A DNA stretch of 64,000 bases. Source: Hypanus sabinus (taxonomy: Eukaryota). A program made the translations under genes and the position numbers. The stretch lies in contig NW_026780939.1 of assembly GCF_030144855.1 (NCBI RefSeq), forward strand, positions 1 through 64,000, read 5' to 3'. This document shows, in pieces, positions 10,965 through 21,984 of this stretch. Position 1 is the first letter of the stretch; every line of letters begins with the position of its first letter. The notes below the pieces were generated by a model. That model saw nothing but the letters and a program-made list of their open reading frames with translations, did no database searches and was not told where the DNA came from.

Positions 10965-11740
10965 CTGGAAGTGAGTCGGGGAGAAGGGCAAGGTCAATAA
11001 TCTGTAGGACGGGAGGAGATCCGGGGGCGGGGAGCGGGTGGAGTGTGGGGTTAGGCGGCCCGCGTAGAGAGGCTGAATGAGTGAGGAGAAGAAGAGATAG
11101 ATCGGGAAATGTCAGTAAATTGAAGGATGCTTGGAGATTTGTGAAACAAAAGNNNNNNNNNNNNNNNNNNNNNNNNNNNNNNNNNNNNNNNNNNNNNNNN
11201 NNNNNNNNNNNNNNNNNNNNNNNNNNNNNNNNNNNNNNNNNNNNNNNNNNNNNNNNNNNNNNNNNNNNNNNNNNNNNNNNNNNNNNNNNNNNNNNNNNNN
11301 NNNNNNNNNNNNNNNNAGATAAATTTGAAAGGTAATCTGTAGTGAGAAATGGACAAAAACAGAGTGTCAGGGCAAGAGAGAAAGAGAGTCGGAGAATAAT
11401 GAAGAAGAGATCAAACGCACGATAGAGAGATAGAAATAATGGCAGAGAAGGTGAAAAGAACAGAGAAAGAGAAGAGTAGAAAGGAAGAAAGGGATGGGGA
11501 AAGGGGCAGAGGGGTACAGACAGAGCATGGAAACGGATGTCAACGTCGCAGATAACGAAGAGGAGAAAAGAATAAAACATATTCAGTCCTTGAAATGCAA
11601 GAAGTAAAAATGCAGCAATGGATAGAAAATCGAAATGGCAGAAAGAACGGGCGGCGAAAAGATGAATGAGGAGATGGAATGAAAAGGTACAGAATAGGCA
11701 GAGAGGGTTGTTTAATTATTAAATAAGGTGGACTTCCTAC

Positions 11741-11777
11741 CATGAACCCAGATTATCAACTCAATCAACAGCAGCAT
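11741..11777 (-). CDS. Leader exon of V4 (MLLLIELIIWVH+G)
   Basis: 37 nt ending CAT G|gtagga; phase 1; the intron spans an N gap. Confidence 0.8.
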
Positions 11778-12628
11778 AATTCACTCCAAGGTTTTCCTTC
11801 ACGATTGCAAGAGGACTGCAAGAGTGAAATGAGTGAGGAAAGGAGGCCCCGCCCTTTCCACCCTGATGGACGGACGTCCTCACACTTCTATTGGCTGACT
11901 GGCTCCACCCTATGCAAAGGGCAGGATCGTGGTGGGCGGAGATGAGTAGATGGAGCGGCTGCGCTCTGCCTCACTGGCTGTAGAACGGGAGGAGGTTAAG
12001 GGGCGGGGAGCGGGTGGAGTGTGGGGTCAGACGGACCGCATAGAGAGGCAGAGCAGGTGAGGAGCAGTAGAGATAGATCGGGAAATGTCAGTAAATTGAA
12101 GGATGGTTGGAGATCTGTGAAACAAAAGTACTGCGTCCAGCAGACAGCCAATATTAAAGGTAGCCTGCTAAGAGTGGCAGGGGATCAGGTTGAGAGAGAG
12201 AATGAAAGAGAGAGAGAGAGAGGGAAGAGAGAGAGGAAGGGAGAGAGAGGTTTGTCTTCACGATTTCGGGAGGCCTTCGAGAATGAAGTGAGAGCGGAAA
12301 GGAGGCCCCGCCCTTTTCCCCACTGATGGACGGAATTCCTGACGCTGCTATTGGCTGATTTGCACCACTCCACCTGAAGGACAGCGTCGGGGTGGGCGGA
12401 GCGGAGTAGATGGTGCGGCTGCCTCTACCTCACTGGCTGCGGACCCTGCAGAGTCTGAGATCGGCCGAGGATTTCCCTGAGGATATGCAAGGCAGTTTTG
12501 TGTTGAGTAACACTGATATTTTTGTTTTTCTTTCTCAGATCAGCAAGGAAAGAAACAAGGCACATACCCAGGATTCCAAGAATTAATCTTCAGAAAGGTG
12601 TCTCAGGGCGACTAAGACGGACAGAATG

Positions 12629-12671
<43 letters not shown>

Positions 12672-12844
12672 TGACGGAGGGAGGAGAGGAGAGAGGGAAT
12701 TTGAATAGTGAAGTAGACAAGCGCGACTTTAATGCGAACAGTATTTTAAGGGAAAAACAGAAATCAATAAACGCGACGCGAAACAGAGCTATCTCTGCCT
12801 ATTTTTCCATGTTTCTATATGTTTTTTTCTGCTTCTCTATAAAC

Positions 12845-13685
12845 GACCCGGGTGAAAATGTGGATGGGTGCTTTATTAAGTTTGCAGATTGTACGAAATT
12901 TGGTGATGATGCCAATAGTGTAGGACTGGCAAAGAATACAATAAGTGGCCGAATGAGTTCAGCGTTGGTAGCGCTAATGTAAGGAGACTGTACACTGTTA
13001 AGGGCAAGACCATTACAGCGTTGTTGAGCAGAGGGATTGTGAGGTCCAAGCTCACAGCTCCCTGAAGGTGGTTACATAGGCTGTTCCGAAGGCGTATGGC
13101 CTGAGACCAAAGGTCAGGAAGTCATGTTGCTGCATTATAAAACATCAGTTAGATCGCATCTGTAGTTTTTCATATAGTTTGTTGAGGCCTTGGGGGGTGG
13201 GGGGGTCGCACAAGAGATTCACCAGGATGCTGCATGGATTAGCGGGCAGTTGCTGTCATGGGCTATAATGAGATTGGACAAACACTGGCAATTTTCTCTA
13301 GGGTTGCCAAGGACAAAAGTTTATAAGACTACGAGAGTCATTGAGCAGACAGACAGTACCTTTCCACCAGAGTTGAAATGCCTAATACCTGACATAATGC
13401 TTTTGTGGGGAGAGGGGGTAATATCAAAGGAGATGAAAGAGAAAAGTGTGTTTTTTACAGAGGGTGGTGGGTGCCTGGAATTTGCTGCCAGGCGGTAACA
13501 GAGGATGACACATTAGGAGCTTTTCACAGATGTTTAGATAAGGCACATTAAAGAGAAAAAGTGAGAGATAGGGTCATTGTGCTGGCACAAGATATTTTTT
13601 TAGTTGACCATTAGATTATTAATTTGTTTGGTTGAGCACAACATTGTGGGCCGAATTCCTGTGCTGCACTATTCTATGTTCCATA
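12845..13685 (+). mobile_element. Degenerate CR1 fragment
   Basis: KFADCTKFG remnant and CR1-type 3' UTR ending ctatgtt. Confidence 0.7.
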
Positions 13686-14490
13686 ACTAAAACACGCGTC
13701 TGAACGGAATAGGTAAACGTAAACCGAGTTCCGCTCGTCCTCAGACTCAGTCCACTGTTCTCGGGGACGGCCGAATGCAAGCCGGCAGCGTAACGTTGCT
13801 GTGCTGTGCTCAAGTATCGACAAACGCTACAACGATAAGCAGGGAGTTAAATACCGCCGTAATGCAATCATTATATGACCCGTACATATCCACGAGCAGA
13901 ATTATCAATTCTGCTGCGCAGCCGAGTCCTGGCTGTGACAGGGCTTCCGCATCCTTCCTCTGTCTTGGTTGGTTGAACTCCATCGGACTCTCCTCTGTCC
14001 GGCTCTGCATCCTACCAAAGACCCTTTGTCAGCAAAGACCAACGTTATGCACTCCCCACAACACAACCATACTTCGCGTTTCCTGTAACCGTGTTTACCC
14101 ACTCTTCCACTTCCCCCTCGAAGTCAGTTACGAGAGAAACTGTACAAGTGGTGTATAAAGCGAGCGGAACGAGACAGACACTGGCCGACTCACCAACACA
14201 AATTTCATGTTTTCAATGCCCTCCCGTCCGCGTGTCAACTCCTTGTCTCAATCTCGGGAATTCTGGAACGACTGACCAGTTCTACAGCTGGACGAGAGCC
14301 CGCCAAGTCGGCCTGCTCGTCCTTATTCAGCAATATTATCCGTAGACGGAGACTACAAATTCCCGCGCTTCACGAAATCTGTCCATGGCATAAATACATA
14401 GGTTGGAAATCCAGCCGGAGTGATTCTCTGCTGATTCCACGCCGGAGATGCCTCCCCTTTCTGAGTGCGTCACCTTCAGCTCCTCCTACA

Positions 14491-14504
14491 GCGCCCCCTC
14501 CTGG
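14491..14504 (-). promoter_or_regulatory. CTCF-type motif, cassette 2
   Basis: Minus strand CCAGGAGGGGGCGC(TG): 13/14 match to the core consensus. Confidence 0.72.
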
Positions 14505-14805
14505 TCTCCAGGCGACCAGGCCGCCAATCACAAGGGGAGGAATGGTGGATCACTATCAGAACCGGAATCGGTTTTATCATGAATTCTATATGTGGTAAAA
14601 TTTATTGTTACTTCGACAGCACTCTGGTGCAATGGATCAAACATATGATCAATTACAGTAAATGTAAATAAGCACACAAATAAATTAATAAAAAGACGAC
14701 TGCACGGAGAATAAATAGCAGATAAATAAATAGACTAATACGGAAATTAATAAATAGTTATATAAGCAATTACATGTACAATAAAACAGAAAGAGTGTAC
14801 CACAG

Positions 14806-14812
14806 GCGCGCG

Positions 14813-14852
<40 letters not shown>
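14806..14852. repeat. (GC)n(CA)n alternating purine-pyrimidine tract
   Basis: About 8 GC plus 16 CA dinucleotides, directly visible. Confidence 0.9.
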
Positions 14853-14854
<2 letters not shown>

Positions 14855-14874
14855 GTGGGCGGGGGAATACTGAA

Positions 14875-15125
14875 TTAGTGTTCATGGTGCTCATTTGCCG
14901 ATCAGAAATCTAATGGCGGAGGGCAGACGCTGTCCCTGAACCAGTGACTGTGGCTCCTCGGTCTCCTGTATCTCATCTCTGAGGGTATAAATGGGAAGCG
15001 GTCATGTCCTGGGTGGTGGGGGTCGTTAATGGATGCGGCCGTTTGGAGGGTTCGCCGCTGGAAGATGTCCTTGACACTGGGGATGCTACTGCTCATGATG
15101 GAGCTGACTGAGTTTACCAACCTCT
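14875..15125 (-). mobile_element. Rex1/Babar-like LINE 3' fragment
   Basis: Translates SIPSVKDIF...NDPHHPGH...PSEMRYR...FRDSVCP, resembling the Rex1-type ORF C-terminus (DPxHPGH...LPSGRRYR...FRDSF). Confidence 0.65.
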
Positions 15126-15400
15126 GAACAGGAGAAATTCCGCAGATGCTGGAAATCTAAATCAACACACAGTAAATGCTGCAGGAACTGATCAGATCAG
15201 GGCGCAGCTATGGAAATGAATAGATAGAACACGCTTCGGGACGCGTCCATCTCTTCAGCATTTTCCGACCCTGCCGATTGGCCCCTCCACACCAGAAAGG
15301 GGACTGCAGGTAGTCTGCCCGGAAGGGGCGGCGCATCGATGAGGCGCTTTTCTCCCCAGTCGCTACCACTCACAACACAGAGAAGGATCCCGGAGAGAGG

Positions 15401-16093
15401 ATGCTGCTGTTTCTCGCCCTGGCGCCGTTGCTTCGGAGTAAGAAATAATCTCACGCAATAATTATTCTTCAATACGTAATAGGTTTGGTCACTTATATCG
15501 GAAAGATGTTAAACTAGGACCAGTACAGTAAAGATTTAGCCAGACGTTGCGGGGATCTGCGCGCAGAGTCACAAGGGGAGTTTGTTTGGGTTAGAATTTA
15601 ATTTCCGTGAAAGTCGGGGAAAAGGGCATGGAGTTAAAAGGGAACGGGAACGGGCGCTTAAAACGAGACGGCACGGGTTGATGATGAGAGACAGAGCACC
15701 TGGTTCGTTTCCTTCTAAACCCCGTCCTCCCGTTTAACAATAGATCGTCCGTACTCGGGTCTTCCCATTCTCTTAACTCTCCGCACTTCCCGTTCCCTTC
15801 CCCAGGAGCGACTTCGCCAGGACACGCCGGTTCTCTCCAAATCTCCCGGCGAGAGCGTGGAGCTTAAATGGATCCTGGCCGACTGTACCGATAGCAATTG
15901 TCTCTAGTGGTACCGACAATATCCGGGAAAGGCGATTCAGTTCCTGTTTCATTCCACGTATACTGGCTCAGTAATTCCAAAGGGGGCCGTGGACGGCTTC
16001 ACCGCCCGGAGACCCGATACAAAGACATTCATTCTCAACTCGGCCAGCGTGCGCCCGGAGCAGTCGGCCGTTTACTTCTGCGCATGCAGTCCA
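15401..16093 (+). pseudogene. TRBV: V5: family B V pseudogene (leader 15401-15437, V exon 15806-16093)
   Basis: Versus V2: 11-nt deletion in FR1 (gtctcagtcgg missing), Cys23 TGC>TGG, and TAC>TAG just before Trp41. Confidence 0.92.
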
Positions 16094-16132
16094 CACAGTG
16101 GCTCAGCGACAAGCCGGGGCCCGACAAAAACC
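16094..16132 (+). promoter_or_regulatory. 23-RSS of V5 (intact)
   Basis: CACAGTG + 23 bp + ACAAAAACC. Confidence 0.96.
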
Positions 16133-16911
16133 TTCTCCGGCGACAGAAAGTAGGTGATCTGTGAGAGTCAGTGATCTGTGCTGCACAGAACACGCACTTG
16201 TTCATTAAAACACGTACAAGGACTGTGAGGAGTTTGCACATTCTCCACGTGACCTCTTGGGCGTCGTCTTGTTTCATCACAGATTCACACTCCTTCCTGC
16301 CTTTGAGTAGGGCAAATGATGTCATGTATCGAAAGGCCTGCTACCGTGCCGTTTCCGCCAATGAAACCGATAAAATATGAATGTTTTCTGACAATAACGG
16401 CGTGATGAAATGAGTTACGCAGGGCAGTTTGTTTGTATTTTCAACACAGTGTGGTGGGAGCCTGGAATGTGCTGCGACGGGTGGTGGAGCTGGAGGCAGA
16501 TACGACAGAGGCTCATTGACAACACGAGTTAAAATAGTAACGCTACTGTCTGACAATAGCGGAACATCTCTATAGATTGAAGACGACGAGAAATTTGATT
16601 AACGGGAGGGTGATGGATCTGCAGGATGCTGAATATTCATACGTCCTTGGGGAAAGAGCTGGTTCACCTCGTAACTATTCTTGTCCAAGATGTGCGGGGC
16701 TAGTTTCATTCCACAGGGAGCGGTGCTGCCTGAAACGCGCTGATAGTTGTGGTGGAGGTGGCGGGTGTGACAAGAGACAGATGGACAGGTACCTGAACGA
16801 GTAGTGAATGGAGGAACATGGACCGTATGCAGATGCGCCTATGCATCATTTCCTGTACTGTTCCATTTCGTAATTTCCTCTGCGCTCAACCATTCTTCTT
16901 ATGACCGTGTA

Positions 16912-16950
16912 GGTTTTTGTCGCGTCGCCCCATTTCTCTGATCCACTGTG
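16912..16950 (-). promoter_or_regulatory. 23-RSS of V6 (intact)
   Basis: CACAGTG + 23 bp + ACAAAAACC on the minus strand. Confidence 0.96.
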
Positions 16951-17648
16951 TCGACTCCAGGCGCAGAAGTACACGGCCGAGTGATTTGCCCAGATCTAGT
17001 CGTTTGTTAGAAAGAAGGTCTTTCCCTAAGGCCTCTTGGCGATGAAACCCTCCACGGCTTTGTCCGGAGTTACTATATCTGTGCCAGCGGATTTGAACAG
17101 GTACTGTGGAGCCTCTCCCGGGTATTGCCGGTACCAGTACATGTATGGATCGCTACTACCTCCGGATAGCGTGCAGTTCAGTCGGACATCCTTCCCTGGA
17201 GGCGCGGAGACAGCCTGCGGAGTCTGATGGATCTTCTGCGAATTCGCCTCTGGCCCAAAGACAGGGAGAAGAGAACGGTCAGTGAGTAGGGGGAGCTAGG
17301 CACAGAAGAAATGGTCAGCGACGGGTGAGTGAGCGAAAGCAGAGGGACGACTACGCACAGGATCACAATCTGTCCATTCGGTCCGCGACTATTTACTAGC
17401 CCCTACGTAGCTATCGGTGTATTCTCACCAACACACTATTTATTTCTGAAACTACTCGAAGCCAATAAACATTTTACTGTACTGAAATAACAAATATTCA
17501 GGTGGTGTTGGAATTGGACAGAAAGGTAATTCTTAAAAAAAGTTGTGGAGTTGAAGACATGATTGACTGAAGGGTTGAATACTGGAGCTGAAATTTACTT
17601 ACCGGAGCAGTAAAAAATATAACCCAGAAGAAGGGAGAGGAATCTCAT
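16951..17648 (-). pseudogene. TRBV: V6: family C V pseudogene (V exon 16951-17249, leader 17603-17648)
   Basis: Frame intact but two in-frame TAG codons in FR3 (CCT TAG GGA; GAC TAG ATC) where V3 has GAG and AAT; leader MRFLSLLLGYIFYCS intact. Confidence 0.92.
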
Positions 17649-18399
17649 TTTTGGGCTTTGGCTGCAGCGTCTGCGCCTGGCGTGGGCTCTTGTCTCGTTT
17701 TCTGATTTCGTTGGACTGGGAGATACGCGGAGTTGGTGAGCTGGATGAGCTCTGAGTCCCGCCCCCACCCAATAGACGCAGGAAGTGGGCTGTGGCCAAG
17801 TGCAAACGCGGGATTTGATTGGCTCGCCGTCGTCCAATGATCTCCGGAGAATTCGCATGGGCGTGAGGTTGTTTCAACGGCGTGGGGCTCCTTGTGCTTG
17901 TTCGCCCTCGGTACCGGTGACATATTTTGGAAATTAATTCTTCACTAAGTCGTCGCAAATTGCCAAGTGGTCCCGACGCTTTTGTTTCCAACTCCTGAAA
18001 TTGCACGCTGTACCCCACTTGGTAGCGCTGATCGCCCTTACTCCGTGATCGGTCTCTCTCGTTCTCTTTCTCCATCTCCACCGTCCCTCGTGGACAAATA
18101 AAGGGTCAGTCTATTGTATTGTGTAGTGCAAACTTGCTAACACCTTCGTGTGCGGTGAACTTCGGCAATACGGGAAACATAAACTGTTGGTTATTGAGCT
18201 TTGATGCCGCTGCATTATATTCACCGGGGAAAAAAAACAGTAAACGACAGCCGGATTAAAGTTGCTTCACCTGAGATAAAACCAAGTGAGCGCTGATTTT
18301 AATTTACCGAGAATAAGTGTGAATTGTGCTGAGGCGGAGACTGCACTGGCCATCGTAAAGTGGAATCCACCTCGACGAGGCGGACCCATCAACTGGATT

Positions 18400-18720
18400 G
18401 CAGCCTTGGGCGCTATGGTTAGGGATTAGTGCGACGCCATTACATCTCGGGGCCTATCGGAGTTCAGAGATCAATACAGGTCGCGGCACTAAGTGAATTT
18501 TCCCCGGGTTCTTCTATTTCTAACACAACCTAAAGACTAGGCTAATTGGTGACAGTAATCAGGGTTAATTGGGAGGGTGTTCATTGCCGGGGCTGCCTGG
18601 CACGAAGGGGCATTCTGCGCTGTGTCGCTAAACAAGCAAACAAACAAGCAAATGAATAAAGAAAAATATATTTAATGTGGAATGATTGTCGCTGCCAGAC
18701 GGCCTTCAATAATAAAAGTA
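18400..18720 (+). mobile_element. tRNA-derived SINE (degenerate)
   Basis: A/B-box-like 5' part, ggctaattggtgac body and A-rich tail typical of fish/shark SINEs. Confidence 0.55.
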
Positions 18721-18899
18721 TTCCACACAAGAGATGAAATGTAATATTGCCGATTTGTAGGACGTTGTCCAGACCAAAATTTCCGTATAGTGTGCCGTTC
18801 CGATCACCTCCCTTGAAAGTGTGAAGGGAGAATCTATTCGGCATACCCCGGCTGCCGGGGTATGTTGACTTGATGGAAGTGACGAGTGGGTTGGGTATT

Positions 18900-21122
18900 C
18901 ATCCCCGGGAGCGAAGGAAAAGGAGGGGAGAGTTGAAAGAGTAAGATAAACTGGCAAATGATACTTAAAGGGTTGACGGTGGATATGCAATGGCAAGCAT
19001 TTAAAGATCGCATGGAAGAACTGCACTAGTTGTTCCTCCCAGTATGACAAAAGAATAAACTAGGGAAGGTAGTGCACCCGTGGTTGACAAGGTACATTAG
19101 GGGTAGTATCAAGTCCAAAGAAGAAATATACAAATTAGCCAGAAAAAGCGACACACCTGAGGACCGGGAACAATTCAGAGTCCGACAGCGGAGGACAAAG
19201 GGCTGAATTAGGAAAGGGAAAAATGATTATGAGAGAAAGCTGGCAGAGAAAATAAAAACTGACTGAAAAGCTTTTCTAGATTAGTGAAAAGAAAAATATT
19301 GGTTAAGACAAATGCAGGTCCCTAACAGTCAAAGACAGGTGAATTGATCATGAAAGGACATTGAAAGGACATGGCAGACGAATTGAATAACTACTGTGGT
19401 TTTGTCTTCACTAAGGAGGACATAAATAATCTACCGGAAATAGTAGGGGACCGAGGGTCTAGTGAAATGGAGGAATTGAGGGAAGTACATTTTATTAAGG
19501 AAGTGGTGTTAGGGGAATTGAAGGGATTAAAGGTAGATAAATCCCCAGGGCCAGATGGTTTGCATCTCAGAGTGCTTAAGGAAGTAGCGCAAGAAATAGT
19601 GGATGCATTAGTGATAATTTTTCAAAACTCCTTAGATTTTGGAATAGTTCCCGAGGATTCGAGGGTGGCTAATGTAACTCCACTTTTTAAAAAAGGAGAG
19701 AGAGAGAAACCGGGGAATTATAGACCAGTTAGCCCGATATCGGTGGTGGGGAAATTGCTAGAGTCGGTTATCAAAGATGTGATAACAGCACATTTGGGAT
19801 GATGTGAAATCATCGGACAAAGTCAGCATGAATTTGTGAAAGGGAAATCATGTCTGACGAACCTCATAGAATTTTTTGAAGATGTAACTAGTAGAGTGGA
19901 TAGGGGAAAGCCAGTGGATGTGGTATAGTTGGATTTTCAAAAGGCATTTGACAAGGTCCCACGCAGGAAATTGGTTTGCAAAGTTAAAGTACACTGTATA
20001 GGAGGTATGGTATTGATGTGGATAGAGAATTGGTTGGCAAACAGGAAGCACGAAGTGGGAATAAATGGGATCTTTTGAGAATGGCAGGCACTGACTAGTG
20101 GGGCACCGCAAGGTTCAGTGCTGGGACTACAGTTGTTTACAATATATATTAATGGTTTAGGCGAGAGAAATAAATGCAGCATCTCCAAGTTTGCGGATGA
20201 CACGAAGCTGGGCGGTGGTGTTAGCTGCGAGGAGGATGCTAAGAGGATACAGGGTGACTTGGATAGGTTAGGTGAGTGGGCAAATTCATGGCAGATGCAA
20301 TTTAACCTGGATAACTGTGAGGTTATCCACTTTGGTTGCAAGAACAGGAAAACAGATTATTATCTGAATGGTGGCCGATTATGAAAAGCGGAGATGCAAC
20401 GAGACCTGGCTGTCATTATATACCAGTTATTGAAAGTTGGCATGCAGGTACAGCAGGCCTTGAAAAAGGCGAATGGTATGTTGGCATTCTAGCAAGAGGA
20501 TTCGAGTACAGGAATAGGGAGGTTCTACTGCAGTTGTAGAAGGCCTTAGTGAGACCGCACCTGGAGTATTGGGTGCAGTTTTGGTCCCATAATATGATGA
20601 AATATATTCCTGTCATAGAGGTAGCACAAAGAATGTTCACCAGATTGATTCCTGGGATGGCAGGACTTTCATATGAAGAACGACTGGATCGACTAGGCTT
20701 AATCTCACTGGAATTTAGAGGTCTGAGGGGTGATCTTATTGAAACGTGTAAACATTCTAAAGGGATTGGACAGGCTAGATGCAGGAAGATTGTTTCCGAT
20801 GTTGGGAAGGTCCAGAAAGAGGGGCCACAGTTTAAGGATAAAGGGGATGCCTTTTAGGACCGAGATGAGGAAAAACTTATTCACACAGAGAGTGGTGAAT
20901 CTGTGGAATTTTCTGCCACAGTAAACAGTTGAGGCCAGTTCATTGGTTATATTTAAGAGTGATGTAGATATTGCCCTTGTGGCTAAAGAGATCGGGGGTA
21001 TGGAGAGAAAGCAGGTACAGGGTTCTGAGTTGGAAGATCAGCCATGATCATACCGAATGGCAGTGCAGGCTCGAAGGGCCCAATGGCCTACCCCTGCACC
21101 TATTTTCTATGTTTCTATGTTT
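18900..21122 (+). mobile_element. 5'-truncated CR1 LINE with intact 3' end
   Basis: KSPGPDGLH, NVTPLFKKG, NYRPVS, KAFDKVP, FADDTKLGG, RPHLEYWVQFWS; ends in (ttctatgt)n. Confidence 0.93.
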
Positions 21123-21347
21123 TTATTTTATGAACTTTGCAGATCGTGTAAATACAACGAGTCTTTATCCGCTGAGTTTTGGGAGAGACATGGAGAGGAA
21201 ACTCGGGAAGAGAGGGAAGAGTAGGGGGACGTGAGAGCGAGGCATAATAAAGTGAGAAAGAACGGGAAAGTGTGATAGAGAGAGCGAAGAGAGTCTGTGC
21301 TTGCACCTGGCCTGCCCCACCGCCAGCTGTTTCCTGTCACGTTGGAA

Positions 21348-21386
21348 GGTTTTTGTTCGGAGCCAGTGTGTCTCTGAGTCACTGTG
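21348..21386 (-). promoter_or_regulatory. 23-RSS of V7 (intact)
   Basis: Consensus heptamer and nonamer, 23-bp spacer one base different from V1. Confidence 0.96.
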
Positions 21387-21605
21387 AAGACTCCACCCGC
21401 AGAAGTAGACGGCCGAATGGTTGGGCAGCGCGCCGGGAGAGCTCAGAAAGAACGACTCGGCATCCGGTCTCCGGGTGGTGAATCCGTCGACCGCCTCCTG
21501 AGGATAGGCAATGTTAAAACCCGTGGATTAAAATAGGTTGTAAATCTCCTTCCCGGGGTATTTTTCTGTACCAGAAGAAGGCGTAATCGCTGCTGCTGCC
21601 CTTTC
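21387..21605 (-). pseudogene. TRBV: V7: 5'-truncated family A V relic
   Basis: Retains CDR1 to CGWSL with a +1 insertion after WYR and TAC>TAA; FR1, intron and leader are absent and the exon is fused directly to promoter sequence at 21605. Confidence 0.9.
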
Positions 21606-21984
21606 GAGAATGAAGTGAGTCAGGAAAGCTGGCCACGCCCTTTCCACCCTGATGGACCCATGTCCTCTCGCTGCTATTGGCTGATTTGCTCCACCCTATC
21701 TGACCGGCAGTGTCGGGGTGTGCGGAGCGGAGTAGACGGTGCGCCTGCGCTCTGCCTCACTGGCTGCGGACCCAGCAGAGTCGGTGATCGGCCGAGGATT
21801 TCTCTGAAGAGGTTCAAGGCGGTTTCGAGTCGAGTAACATCGGTGTTACAAAGCACGCTTCCAGGAAAGCACGAGTTAATGGTTAGAAGGGTGTCTCAGG
21901 GGGAATAGAATGTAGAGAAAGAGACAGAGATGGAGAGGGGGGAGAGAGGTGCGACGGAGGGGACAATAGACAATAGAGAATATT

